64,000 bases of DNA. It comes from Camelus dromedarius. Lineage: Eukaryota. The position numbers and the translations under genes were made by a program. Every line of letters begins with the position of its first letter. Position 1 is the first letter of the stretch. The stretch lies in contig NC_087447.1 in NCBI RefSeq assembly GCF_036321535.1, positions 49,974,001 through 50,038,000 of the forward strand, written 5' to 3'. The notes under the pieces are model-generated. The model made no database searches. It saw only the letters and a list, made by a program, of their open reading frames with translations, and was not told where the DNA came from. Shown piece by piece: positions 36,751 to 50,650 of this stretch.

Positions 36751-39309
36751 AGGGTTTGTAAACTTTAAATAGGGTATAGTATTAAAGAACCTGGCAAAGA
36801 GCTTGGCACATAGAAGCTCAGCATTAAATGATACCCAGTTTTCCTCTTATTGATTTAATCAGGGAAAGCTTTTTCAGTGTATAACATTTGGACTATACCT
36901 ACAGAGAGGGTAGGATTTTAATAGACAAGCCAGAGATGGAGAGGACTAGGACAGACCTTCCAGACTAAAGGAATAGCATGGCAAAGGTATAGCTGTGTCA
37001 AGAATCAAAGTCTGAGACTTGTTTAAGGAATGGCAAGTATTTCTGGGTGTTTGGATTCTGGTGTGGAGCACATGAAAGGATGCAGCATAATGTGAGTGAG
37101 GCTGGGATGGTTTTAACACAGGGCATCTCGGCAGGAAAATTTAAAAGTCGGTGTTCTCACATATTGCAGTTCTGAGTGAGACAGCCAAATCAAAGATCCG
37201 TTGGGGACTCAAGGATCCCTTTGTTAAAACTTACTTTTAATATGGCTATTTAACAACTTGATCTGATAGAAATCAAAATTGTAATGGAAATTATTGATAA
37301 ACCTGGAAAAATGTGTGTTACATATATAGTTACTCTAAACAAGTCAAAAACATAAGTAAAGAATATGACCAAGGGAAGAAGATCACTATCTTCATATTTC
37401 AAAGGCTGTCGGGGGAATAAGGAGTAAAATTCGACCTTGCTGATGGCTTAGATTAATATAAATAGATAGAAATCAGAAAGGGGGGATTTGGGGTTCACAT
37501 GAGAAATAGTATTTTTTGTCAGACAGAACTGCCCAACAATGGAATGGAAAGCTTGGGGGATGAATCTGGTCATTAGAGGCGTATATACTAAAGCTAGATA
37601 GATGATTGTCAAAGATGCCCTAGAAAATGGGTCTATTCTGTGAAAAGGTAAAACCAAGTGCCTTCTAAGGTTCTCCTCTTTTTCATATGATTCTGTGCCT
37701 GACCAGGACTCTTACATCATCTCAGTGTAAATCTTGCATCAAGCTTTGCCCAGAACAGCCTGTTGCATGAGCTAGGACTTTGAGAACTGTTACAAATACC
37801 CAGAGGCAGTCCCTTTCTTTAGTCAACTGTTTCAGCTGCTTCAGAGTCCTCCAGTAGCTGTCACTAGAGCAGACTCCTGATGGTGCCTTAACCAGGGACT
37901 TCGCAGTTCTGTCGAACACAGTGAGGCAGTCTCATCCACGTGAAGCCTTTGGTGCTGTTCCGTCAACCTCACGGACATCCTCACCCAAACAGGAGCCTCC
38001 AGACACCTTGAGACGGGGCTTGCTAGCCCCTTGTGGCCATAGAACTCTTTTTTTCTCTTTATCTTAACTGAAACCTGAACCCCTTCCATTGGAGACTTGT
38101 TTTCTGATACTCCACAAGAGCCAGAAGGGGATGGAGGAGGGAGGGGTGCGTAGTTTGTCGTTTCTCCAGACTATGACTTTTCCCTTCTCCTGTAAAAACA
38201 TCATCCTTCTTTGGAGATGTTCAACTGTTCACTCTCCATCACACCCAGTCACTGTCATCTGACATGCTGGTTACTTCTTTGGGGCACTCGGAGCTTGGAA
38301 CCTTGCTTACGGTCTTTCTAGGCTGTTACTCCTATAGTAACTATGCTCTATCCTAAAGTCGTCCCTTGTTTTTCCTGTACCAAACTGTGTTCTGCTTCCC
38401 ATATTCTCGCTTGTTTCTGTGCTTTTACGCATACAGTTTCCTCTATTCGGAATACTATTTCCCTACTCTTTACCTAATAAGATCCATCTTGCACTGTGTG
38501 GCCAAGTAGGTCATCACTTCTTTTCCAAGCATACCTGTCTCCCCTAGACTTGGTTAGGCATCCTTCCTCTGAGTTCCTATCATTTTCTCTAATGTGCTAT
38601 TTATTACTCTTTCATATATTAATGTTTTGGATTTTGTAATGTCTTTTCCATTTTATTATTACCTTAAAAGCAGGAACTGCCTCTTCTTTATTTTGTAACT
38701 TCTGCCCATGGCTTCGCCTATAGAAGGTGTTCAGTACCTACTGGCTGAGTGCACACGTGATTCCAGCTGCTTGTCTTCTTTGTACTTATTACAGGACTGA
38801 AGGTGGAACAAAAAGAAGTAGACTTGGTGTTGCTGCTCTAGCTAGTTTATATCTAGCTCAAGTTCTGTTTGAAACGTATATGTTCTTACTTGTTAAATAA
38901 ATACACTACACACACACACACTGATGGATTTAGGTTCAGAACGTAAGTCTGCCTTTTACCTCCTATAGTTCTACGCTTTTTACCTGTCACCCCACTTTTG
39001 TGTTTCTGTCAATTTTCCGATCCCCTCACTTCAGTCTTTTGGCATTTCTTAGCTTCAAAATATTGTGAATATATTGTTCACCGTGGATGTTTCTTTTTTG
39101 GTGACTCTTGTCTTTTAAGACTGTGGTCTGTTACATCCACGACATGTCTGATTTCATTGAGACCAAAAATAACAACATATAGTCTTAACTAAAGGAAGCT
39201 GGAAAGTAATGAGGGAAGTAGGAAGAAAAGGCACAGCATTAATGGTTTAGTATAAAAAACAGTACTGTCCTTAGGAATAGCTATTGAGGAAAAGGGATGA
39301 GAACTAACA

Positions 39310-39540
39310 ATTGTGAAATACTTATAACTCACAGACTGTGTTGGGAGTTTTACATACATTTGTATTTATTCCATCCAGTAATGCTATGAAGCAGATGTTG
39401 TTATATGCATTATGTAGATGAGGAACCGGAGCCTCAGAGGGGTTAAGTGACTTGCTCAAGGTCACAAAGGTGTTAGCTTGCAAACCTGGAATTCCAACCC
39501 AAGACCTTTTCACATTTTAGTTCCTCTCCTATACTACATA
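39310..39540 (-). mobile_element. MIR SINE
   Basis: agatgaggaaccggagcctcagaggggttaagtgacttgctcaaggtcaca. Confidence 0.8.
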
Positions 39541-40589
39541 CATTTTAAATTGGCTTTTTATTAGATTATTTTTGATTTAAGAATTTTGGAAGTTAGCTAG
39601 GAGGTTAATGTGAAAGTGACAGTTTGATGATAGAAGATAATGTGGTTCATTAACCTTGGCATAGTTCTTGAACAGCTAATTGATTTGATGGGGTGGTTTT
39701 GTGTCATAACCTGTTCAAAGATTATAAATAAATAATGCCAGCGAGTAATACTTAAATACCAATGGAGCTCTCATTTACCAAATCTCATTAACACAATCTA
39801 AAATTTGTGCTGATTTTTTTGTATTATTTTGGGGGTTTTTTTAGACAGTTGTCCAAAAATAGATTATTAACATATTGCATAAACTTCATTCTCAGTTCAC
39901 TTTGTCCAGAAAAAATTGTATTCCCACTTTATTGTAAGAAATTAAATCAAATGATTCCTTGGCCAATCCTTTCTTTCTCCCCTCAACACCCTGCTACATA
40001 TACACATTCCTCTTCATATACACCTATATGTATACATATCCACGCTACATATACATGTTCCTCTAATGCACTTACCTGCCTGTGAGCTTCTTAGGCTCTT
40101 TCCTCCATCTACACTGACTTTCCTTCTTTCCCAGTACTTACTGCCCAGCTTGGCTCAGCTCTGTTTCCGTCACATTATGGCTTAGGTCCCTACACTTCAA
40201 GAAAGCTTTTCCCAGAGATTTCTCCGTAAGTCAAATAAGCAAATATGGATTTCATCCCTGCAATTTGCAACTCAGTTCCCAAGAAAAGTTTATTAATTAC
40301 CATGTACTTGGCATGATGTTAGTTGTCAGGTATTTTATGATAAATAAAATAGATCTCTGCCATTAACACTGTCCTGTTGTAAGTATTATGTAGGATCTAC
40401 AGGAGCAAATTATGTAATCTCTCTGTATCTCAGTTTCTTCATCTGTAACATGGGGATGATAATAGTACCTGCTTTGTCATAATTCTTACAATGAGGATTG
40501 AATAAGTTAGTATTTGTATAGTACATGTTAGAGAAGGGCCTAGCATATAGAAAATGGTGTAGAATTGTTTTATTTACCAAAATAAAACT

Positions 40590-41190
40590 GAACTTTGCAA
40601 TTACTTTATCTAATTCTAAAAAGTCCTATTGGTATCTTTACTAGTATCAAAATACATTTATAGATTGGTTTGTAGAAAAATGTCATCTTGATAATAACAG
40701 ATCTTCCTATCCAAGAATAGGGTGAGTTTCCATTTATTAAGACCTCCTTTTGCACCCTTTAACATGTTGATCACCATGTCACACAAATCTGAGTGACAGT
40801 TGTGTTTCCTCAAGGGCACCCACTCCACAGTGGGCAGTCAGAGTGTTAATAGAATATTAAGGTTTTCTTGATGTAGATCTCACCATTTGGTTATATTTCT
40901 TTGTAGATATTTTATATTTGTTGCTATTTAAAAAGGCATCGTGTCAGAGTCTAATTCACTGTTATTTATATAAAGGAAGACTACTAATTTTTGTTCTTAA
41001 ATTTTCTACTCAATTTGTGATGAGTCTTCAGTTGGTTTGCTTAGATTTTCTAGATGTATAATCATATTTCTAAAAATTGGTCATTTTTACCTCTTCCCCT
41101 CCCCCCAGTTTTTCTAGTTCTTAATTCTTTCTCTTACCTGATTTGTGTTAATTAACTGTGGTAGGTAGTGAACATCTTTATTTATATTGT
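40590..41190 (-). mobile_element. Ancient L1 ORF2 fragment
   Basis: acatttatagattggtttgtagaaaaatgtcatcttgataata...tcttcctatccaagaatagggt...tttccatttatt. Confidence 0.6.
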
Positions 41191-41722
41191 GGTTTTTGAC
41201 TTGTGACCATTATACTTGAAAAAGATCATTATATACAATCTGGTATGTTTTTCCAGTTTGATAAACAAGGTCACTTAATGCTGTGCTTTGCTTTAACAAC
41301 CAAAGATTTTGTCCTGTTCTGAACTAGTTAATTCATCTATTCTTTAGTTTTTCAGTCTGTCTTCCAAAAACTTGAACGTCCAAATTTGGCTCTGAGCCTG
41401 ACAGGATCTTACAAAATATTTTAGAGAATCTGGAGAACAAAAACTCAGACTCCTCAAAATAGATAAAGTTGGGGATAATTCTTCAGTGTCTCAAACCCCT
41501 TCCCCTTGAGCACTTAAAGTATATCCCAGCATGTATTTCATGTTCAAAATATGATTCGCTAACTAAAACCTCCGTGTCCTTGTGGAGAGCTGTCCCCATT
41601 GTGCCTGACACATGGTAGACACCCAGTGTTACCTGCCCATTGAGGAGCTGCTCAGGCCACATTCTCCCCATGCATTCACTCCAGGTATCTTCAGGTAAAG
41701 GGCAGAAGTAAACTTTTCCACC

Positions 41723-42282
41723 TGTATTAGTTTTCTCTTGCTTTATAACAAATTAGCACAAATTTCACAGCTTACACAACATGCATGTTTGTACCTCTGA
41801 GTTCTGTAGGTCAGAACTCTGGGCAGGCTCATCTGGTTTCTCTGCTTGGGGGCTGAAAAGACCAGAATCAAGGCGTTGGTCAGGCTGGACTCCTATCTGG
41901 AGACTCTTGGGAATAATCCACTTCCAAGCTCATTTAAATTGTTGGCAGAATCCAGTCCCTTGCTGCCGTAGGTCTGAGGTTCCCGCTTATTTGCTGGCTT
42001 TCAGCCAGGGCCACTCTTCGCTCCTAGAGGCCCCCTGCATTCCTTCTCACATGGCCCCTCCATCTTCTGACCAAAATGTCCCATCAAGCCCTTCTCACAG
42101 CTCAGATCTCTCAGAACTTTTCCTTCTGCTGCCTGCCAGAGAGAACTCTCCGCTTTTAAAGGCTCCTGTGATTAGACTATGCCTGTCCAGATAATCTCCC
42201 TTTGCCATAACCATAAAATAACCAGGGGAGTAACCCCAGGGCTAAAGGTCATGGGGGTCATCTGAAAATTCTGCCTGTTATC
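41723..42282 (-). mobile_element. MLT1 (MLT1E-like) solo LTR, complete
   Basis: Starts tgtattagttttct...ataacaaattagcacaaattt and ends catgggggtcatctgaaaattctgcctgttatc. 5-bp TSD ccacc at 41718-41722 and 42283-42287. Confidence 0.85.
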
Positions 42283-43444
42283 CCACCCCTCAGGCTCTTG
42301 TAGAAAGTTGTACTTGCTTCTGGGTTCACTTAGTTGTCATTTGTTTAAGAGGCAAGCTCCTTCGGGGTGGTGTCCATGGCTGAGTCACTTTGTGATACCC
42401 TGTCACACCTTGCACACGTTGCCTGTAGGAGATTACATATCTAATGACTTAATTATACTTTCTGTTAAATGAATTGTGCAATCCAAAGAAGAGCAAAATT
42501 ATTACAGACCAAATTGTAAGAGCATCCGTCCAGTTGGAGGGGCAGTGTGCACTTCACAGTTAATTACCATTTTGTAGTTCTTTGGTTTTGCTTTTCTTTT
42601 TTTGGAAGCTCCATTTATTTACGGTCAACCAGAGAAACTGAACAATGGACACAGGGGCTTGGACTCTAATGCAATTCGAGTGAGGTCAGAATTCCACAAA
42701 AAAAATCTCACAAGACATGAAGTAGATATTATAGTAAAATTAATATTTTAAGGGGAAAAAACATTAATAAGAGAAAAGAGCATTCTGGAAAACTGTTCCA
42801 TTTAGGGCACCTCATTACTGGATACTTTGAGGGAAACTGGAGTAAGTTCAGAGACATAAAGAATGATGAGGAGGCTGTAGGGATTAACTTACAAGCAAAG
42901 ATTTTAAACAACTTAAATATGTATAGCTTAACTGAATAACAGCTGAGTCGAGATGCAACTGTTGTCACATGTCTAATATCAAGAGAAGGAAAGTGTTTCC
43001 CTGAAGAGCTGAGAGTCTCTTTCTAAGTATTGGAATTAAATGAGGAATGAGAAAACAATCTTTTTAAACCAACTTGTAAGCAGTATTTCAACTGTGTGTG
43101 GGGATGTGACGTGTCAGAGTTGAGTTCAAAGCCTGGCTCTTCTGCTTGCTACCTGTGAAAATTCAGACAACTCCTTAACCTTTTCAACTTTGTCATGTGT
43201 AGGATAGGAATTATACAGCCTATCTCTTGGGGTCATTATGAAGATTAAATGAGACGATGTAAGTAAGCCATCAGGTCCCATGCCTGGCCACAGGCTGCAA
43301 ATCGAGAAGAATAGTAAATGTTACTGGTATTCCCAATATCATTTTCAGTCTTCAGTAGTTAAGAGTTCAGAGTGCTAGAGTCAGACAAACCAGGGTACAA
43401 AATCAAGCTCTACCGCTTATTAACTCTACCTCTGAGCCTCCAAA

Positions 43445-43700
43445 CATAAGCCTGTGCCCAAATGTTTATAGCACCTTAATTCATAATAGCCCAAACAGGG
43501 GACAACCCAAATGTCTACCAACCAGCATGCAGATAAACAATTTGTTGTATAGTCATACAATGGGATACTGCTCAGCGATAAAAAGGAACCAAGTACGCAT
43601 ACATGCAACAGCATGAGTGAATCTCAAAAGCAAATGAAAGAAGGCAGACACCAGAAGCTAAATATTCTACAGTTCCATTTATAAGACATTCTAGAAAACT
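43445..43700 (+). mobile_element. Old L1 (L1MC/ME-like) 3' fragment
   Basis: aatgtttatagcaccttaattcataatagcccaaac...acaacccaaatgtctaccaac...ttccatttataagacattctagaaaa. Confidence 0.75.
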
Positions 43701-46700
43701 GTCTCTGCTCTGTTAAACTGTGGTCTCCTTGATCTGATCCAGCTCTCCACTCCAAGATCAAAGCCAGTGAACTGGAAGCAGAAATGGCTAAACTTGATCC
43801 ATTTAGGGAGCAGGTTTCAGCTCCCAAGGGTATCAGGAATCCAGATTTGGCCAAAGGTCACTATGAGGTAGCTTGAGGCATATCAGAGTGCACAGGACTG
43901 TTCATACAAGGGCAGGGAGCCAGGGCGGAGCCTCCTGGTCCTGACACTGTGAACATCTGCTCTGATGGATCCTACACAAGTGTGTCCACTCACATAGCCT
44001 CCAGCCTCCAGAGAACATAACCTTTCTTTGATGACCACTAGTTAAAGCTGATTACAGTGCTATCAAGGGTCTGATTTACTTGCCTGTGATAAATTTCCAG
44101 TTGTGCTTTGCTTGTGTATTTGCAGTATGCTGAGTGACCCTCCTCAGTAACTCGCAAGAACTGGCAGTGATGGAGACCACACTTACAGATTAGGTTGACC
44201 CCAGAGTTGCGTCAGTTTAATAGTGCTTCTAGTTATTTTGTGGCAGACATAAGAATCTGAAGCAAAGGACCATCTTAATTGAAGTGTTTTTAATATGACA
44301 GATTTTATAATGATAAATTTGGCTCAGATATAACCTGTACCTCGTTAAAAACAACATATGATGCAAAGAAAAGAGCCTGTGATTAGAACTTACAAACTCA
44401 GATTCTGGTCCCTGGACTCAACCTGGTTATCCTTAGCAAGGCCACTTAACCTCTCACTTACCTCCCAGGGTAAATGAAGCAGGTGGATTGATGCTCTCAA
44501 AGTGCCATTTAGCTCAAATATGAACCCCATGATTCTAAGAGTAGTTGATAGTATGATTGGGAGGAGAAATAGAAGAAACTTCTCCATTCTTACTCCTAAG
44601 ACCTTTTAGACTTGACTTGTAGGCTCTTCAGACTTCAGAATGGCAGGCCTCAGCTGTGTCCGGTATTTACATTATAACATACCTGTTTTGGAAAAGAACT
44701 GGCAAGGTTTATAAATGAGGATGGAAAAGTACTTAGGTTGTTCTTGCAGCAAGAGGCCCATAATCAAGTTTTTATACTTTTCCTTCGAGGTATATATTTG
44801 CAGTGACTCACTGTGAGAAACAATGTTATTGCTCGTATTAAATATTCTTTAAGTAGCTTTTCCATATCTTTGAAAGAGCTGTATTTTCTTCTAGGAAGGC
44901 AGATTTCATTTTTGACGTGGTGGTGCCCTTTTTTTAAAGCTCTTAATCTAGTTCTTTTTATGTCAGTAAAACCTTAGCATTTAAAAATGAATTGAAATAT
45001 CGATAACTAGTCCTCTAGAGATTTTTGACTACATAAGCCAGAGTTCTAAAGTTAAGTCTTTGATGCATGTGTACATTTTTAATTTCTTATTTTCTCAGTT
45101 CCTCCAGACCCGTTCTCTTTGTAGTCACATTCACTGTAATCCCATCACGAAAGTGTGGATCTGTTCGTAACCTCTACTGAAGCATTGTATTAATCCACAT
45201 TCCCTCACGGTAACAGACGGTTTGTATCAAACGTATCATGCAGCTTAGCTCAGGTCCCATATGGAACTCGTAAGGCACGCAATAAGTGGCCTTGTGTAGA
45301 TGAATAAGGTTTGGAAGGGTAAGAGAGAGAAAGAGGGAGAGAGAGCGTCGTCTAAACCGAATTTTTCCTGCCAAAACCTAAATGACAAAATGATTCTTGA
45401 ACCCCCAGAGTCTTTCCTGGCCTGGAAAAAATTGTGTTTAAAAAATAAAAATAAAGTTGAGCCCTTTGATATTAAATTAGACCTCTTAGCTCAATAGGAG
45501 GATGTTCACTGAGTACAAGAACTCTGCATCTATTTTCTCAAAAGTACAGGCACACTTATTTTTAAATATGATCTCCAGAGCTGCAAAGGGTCTTACCTAG
45601 TCAGTGGAGCACCATTTATCAAGCTGTATGAACTAGTTTATTTCAACTACAAGAGCTCTAGCATCATGGCTGATCTGCCTACATAGTGATTTGAGATGAA
45701 CCCACCATGTGGCTTTGAAAAAATACTGTATTTTTATACAGAAAGGTGATGTGGGAGAAGAAAACAGAAGATAGGTAATGGACTTGACATGGCCATAGGT
45801 GTCTGTTGAGGGATGGACGTATTCCTTGCTCTGGTTTTCTTCCCCTTTTTTTGTGTTCCAGTAACCACAAAGCTAGATAGATCTTCCTGGTCATTTCAGT
45901 ATAGGGATTTTCTTTTGCTAGTAGACAGTAGCATTTGTTCACTTCTTCAGGAAAACCACTGAACATTGCTTCTCCCCACTTCTCATCTAATTTATCATCT
46001 GTGTGTGGTTTTCACCTATTAGCCTACCAGAGAGTTGCACAAAAATTTAACTGCTCCCATGGAGTTCTAAACCAATCAGAGTAGAGCTGAAATTCAAGCT
46101 AATTGAAACCAAAATCCCACTTAAAAACTGCTTAGACTCTTTGGGTGGTGGTACAGTAGGAAGTTGTTACAAAAGGTGTTTATTTCAGAGACTAATTTGA
46201 AGCAGTTAGACAGACCCAAAGCAGTATTTTATTTGCTCGGGTTTCTTGGCCTCTGCCTTTCCTGATCCAAAGTGAGAGCAGAGGGAGCTGCTTTGGGAGA
46301 AGTGTGGTGCTGATGGTGGTTGGTCAGGGCAGGTTTGGATGGAAGGTTGAAGTAAGATTTCTTAGAGAAAAGAGGACTTTGGTCTGTTAACCTGTCCTTC
46401 ACAGGTGCCTCTGGGGTTGTTTTCCTCATTCAGTTTCCCACTTGAAACCCGGTAGTGGTAGCCCCTCAGCGGCTTTAATGAATACTCTAACAGTCTGGCC
46501 TCAGGGGTTTCTATTCTCTGTAAAAATCCTGATCGAACTCTTACAACAATTGTATGAGACAAACACTGTTGGTCCTGTTTTATAGACAAGGCTTAGGTTG
46601 GTTATGTACCTCGTTCAAGGTTACATCCATGATATGGTGAGAACAGACTGTGGGTCCAGGCTGGTCGTTCCAAAGACAGAGAGCTGACTCACAGTGCCTA

Positions 46701-48039
46701 GCCTGGTGGACACTGAGTAAATATTTGTTGTATGAATGGCATGTGTAGGAACTTAGTAAATATTGTTCTTTCTCCCCTTTGTCTATCCTTATTCTTTTCT
46801 CCTTGGCCTCGTTCCTTCTTTTTCTTCTTGTTTCTACCAGTACCTTACCAGAGAGTTAACTTGTTGAAGAAATACTTACTAAAAATTTTGATTTGCTCCT
46901 CTCCTGGAGTATTTACATTTTAATAGTGGGTCGTCCTTACCTGTCTAGTATAGCATAAGCCTGAACCCCATTTTACTCCCTCCATTTTTATATACGTCCC
47001 TTAAGGTGCCCAGAATTATATCCTTTGTAGACTCTTCCATCAAACCTTACCTTTCAGTGAACAAAATTTGACACCCTCTTAGCCAACTTTGGCTTCTGAC
47101 ACCATCAGAAGCGACCAAAACCAGAAAAAGGGCTGAAAGGACCCGTGTGCCTTGATCACTCGCATTGTGAACGTGCCAAACTTGCTCACGGTTATACGTC
47201 ACGGGTGTGTCTGTCACCCAGGTCTCCTGACCACCCACATCTTGTGTCAGTCTTTCCGTTTCACTAGGTAATTATTTTAAAGATACTGATATGTATATAT
47301 GTTTATTGCTGACTCTCTGGAGTGCCTGTAGTCAGAAACTGAGCAAATTAGTAAAAATTAGCTTTTAAAAAAGTGAACTATATACTCTTAAGATTTTTTT
47401 CCTTTTATTTGAATTCTGTTTTTCTCCTTTTCTGGATCTCATCCTAATTAGTTAAGTGATAAACCATTTTTGAGCACCAGTTTAATGCCCAGCTTAGTGA
47501 TAGGTGTAATGGTGATGATGATAGCGTAGAGGGTATATTTGTAGCATGATGAGAACAGGTGTATTTTATTGAGCACCTACTGTGTACCAGATATTGTTTG
47601 GGGTACTCTATATACTTTATCTTAAACTTAACTTTACAAGGCAGACAACATCCCCACTTAAAAACCCAAAGTCAAACAATTGTAAGTAACAGCACTGGTG
47701 TTCACACCCAGATCTTCTGCCTCTAAGCTCATTCCAATATGTCGTCATGTCGCTCATTCCCTCCCATACAGCATTAATTTAACTTAATGTTTATCAAGTA
47801 TCTTTCCGTTAGTCTGGGCTTTCCAAAGACAGAAAAGGAAAGGAGATGTAGGAAGGGGTTTGGGAGAAGGGTAAAATGCCCCTTTTCCTGGAGTAATTAG
47901 AGAGAGCTTTGTGCAGGAGACAGACTGGTGTTGGCTCTTTGAGAGTGGATAGAATATGACCCGATGTAGGATGCCTAGAGAGAGACTTGGAGACCGGAAA
48001 GAGAGCTCTCGGCCAGAGTGGTGCAGCAGCAGGTGTAGT

Positions 48040-50650
48040 AGAGTCGACAACATTTTAGAAAATCATAAGTAAATAAATGAGTGATAAACTGAGTTGGCAG
48101 AATGGAGAAAACTAACTCCTAAAGCCTTCAAGAAGCAATGTAATTCAAGCCATAGAACTCCAGAAGAATGTAGGATTTGGAAGTATCAAGTACCTCATAG
48201 AGTGTAAGATAAGGAATAGGTTGAAAAATGGGAGGATTAGTTCAAAGTCTCTAGAAAGAGAAGTAGTTCACTCCCCCCACTCTGCATAAGCAAGCAGCTA
48301 CCCCTGCACACACCCCAGTGGGTGACTGGAAGTTTACTTTCTGAAGAAAATGGAGCCCAAGAAGCTCTGAACTCTGAACTGCCTGGGATGCTGGGGCAAG
48401 AGGTAAGATGTCTTACTGAAAACAAGAGGATTCAGTCAAAGCCCTGCATACCAACCCTGAGCATCCCAATCGCTTTTTCCTGCTTAACTCCCAAAATGCA
48501 ATCCAGGTTAGATTCCTCAGGCAAAAGATTGGAGGGTGCCGTCTGAGAAAAAATAGTCCCAGCATTGAGAGCTACTCGATTGGCGTGTCCCCTACAGAAA
48601 GGGCTCATCCACTCATTTTGCAGCAAAACACCCTAGTCAGCAAGCACTGCCAGTGCGCAGACTATTTGACAGCTTTTTAAAGTCTCATTGCTAAAGATGA
48701 ACTGACAACTAAAGACTACTTGACATTAAAGAAAGAAAAGCCTCTGACACTTCTTTTAAAGTCTGAAGCAAAAGAAAAAGAAAAAAGGAAACCCAGAAGT
48801 AACAGAAAACGGAGACGGAGGAGACAAAAAAAAAAAAAAGCCCAATAATAATGATGATAGGAAATAATCAGAATTAGAGCATAAAAGTTTTCCTATAGAG
48901 AGAACTCACTAGCAAGGAAAACAAAAGCAAAAATAAACAAATGGGACTACATCAAACTAAAAAGATTTTCCACAACAAAGGAAACTATCAACAAAACAAA
49001 AAGGCCACATACTGAATCCGAAAAGATATTTGCAAATGATACCAAAATTTTCAAAGAACTCATACAACTCAACATCAAAAAAAAAAAAAGAAAAAGAAAA
49101 ACCAACCCAATTGGAAAATAGACAGAGGACCTGAATACATTTTTCCAAAGCCACAGAGATGGCCAATAGACGCATGAAAAGATGCTTAACATCACTAATT
49201 ATAAGGGAAGTACAAATCAAAACCACAATGAGATATCACCTTACACCTGTCAGAATGACTATTATGAAAAAGATAAGAAATACCAGGTGTTCATGAGGAT
49301 ATGGAGAAAAAGGAACCCTTGTACACTGTTGGTGTAGCCACTATGGAAAACAGTATGGAGGTTTCTCAAAAAATTAAAAATAAAACTACCATACAATCCA
49401 ACAGTTCCATTTCTGGGTATTTTTCCAAGAAAACAAAAACATTAATTTGCACCCCTATGTTCACTGTAGCATTATTCACAATAGTCAAGATATGGAAGTG
49501 CCCATCAATAGATGAATGGATAAAGAAGATGTAACATACATACACACACAGGAATATTACTCAGCCATAAAAAAGAATGAAATTTTGCCATTTGCAACAA
49601 CATGGATGGAACTAAAGAGTATTATGCAAAGTGCAGTAAGTCAGACAAAAACAAATGCTGTATGATTTCACTTATATGTGGAATCTAAAAAACAAAATAA
49701 ATGAACTAAGATAACAAAACAGAAATAGAGTCATAGCTACAGAGAACAAACAGGTGGTTGCCAGAGGGGCGGAGGGGGTGGGTAGTGGGGGCTGAGTGAA
49801 ACAGGTGAGGGTAATTAAAAGGTACAAACTTTCAGTTATAAAATAAGTGAGGCACAGGGATGAAGTGTACAGTGTGGGGAATATATTCAGTAATTATGCA
49901 GTATCTTTGTGTGGTGACAGATGCTAACTAGACTTATCATAGTGATCACTTTGTAAGGTATAGAAATATCAAGTCACTATGATGTGCACCAGGGGGAAAT
50001 GGGCTTGGTAGGTTATAGAGTGCCTCTCATCAGATTGGGGAGGATTTAAGGTTCTGTCGTAATTGGGGAAGGATCTAGAGCGATTGGTACACAGGCACTC
50101 AACAAGTCATACTATCAACAAGACAGGTACTCCAAGAGTGGGGGAAATGGCAGTCATCCCTTCAGGAAAAACAAATGAAGGGGCAAAAAATGAATAGTAT
50201 ATTACATGGCATAGCACTGAGCAGTATTTTTGTATATGTAAGGTAAACACCACAAATTGATTTAACAAAAAAATGTATGTTCAAAAATACTTGAACATCT
50301 TGAGAGGATGAGGAGAAGTAGATTTGGAGGGTAGACAGTTACACCCTCATGTTTTTTAATAAAAAGTTACTAGGTAACGTGTGGTTGAAAGGCGAAAATG
50401 TGCTAAGAAAAGAGTACTGTAAGAGAGCTAAATGCTCATTTTTCATAGAAGGAACACACATGATGTCCAAACTGGGAGGGAAAGAATAAGAAATATTAAT
50501 ATAAGGATATTATTTAGAAATATGAAGGTAAAGAAGAAACAACTGGAAGTGGTTACTATGGCAGAGCAAAGAACTTTTGCTTTTTCATTCATATAAGCCT
50601 TTTAGTAGTTTAGACTTAGTAACCAGTATGTAAACTTTATTTTAAAATTT
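48040..50650 (+). mobile_element. HAL1/L1ME-like ancient element interrupted by a younger L1
   Basis: 48050-48130 resembles the reverse complement of 35730-35800. 3' part gagagctaaatgctcatttttcatag...tattatttagaaatatgaaggtaa resembles the reverse complement of 33760-33880. Confidence 0.5.
48905..49992 (+). mobile_element. 5'-truncated L1 (ORF2 end and 3' UTR), poly-A end missing
   Basis: aaagcaaaaataaacaaatgggactacatcaaactaaaaag...caaatcaaaaccacaatgagatatcacc...gaaattttgccatttgcaacaacatggatgga. Confidence 0.9.

Noticed and set aside
41781..42194. 137-aa ORF
   Set aside because: Lies wholly within an MLT1 solo LTR; most likely a chance open frame.
43730..44180. Possible old LTR-like segment
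   Set aside because: It has an LTR-like composition, but I could not identify termini, a TSD or a family.
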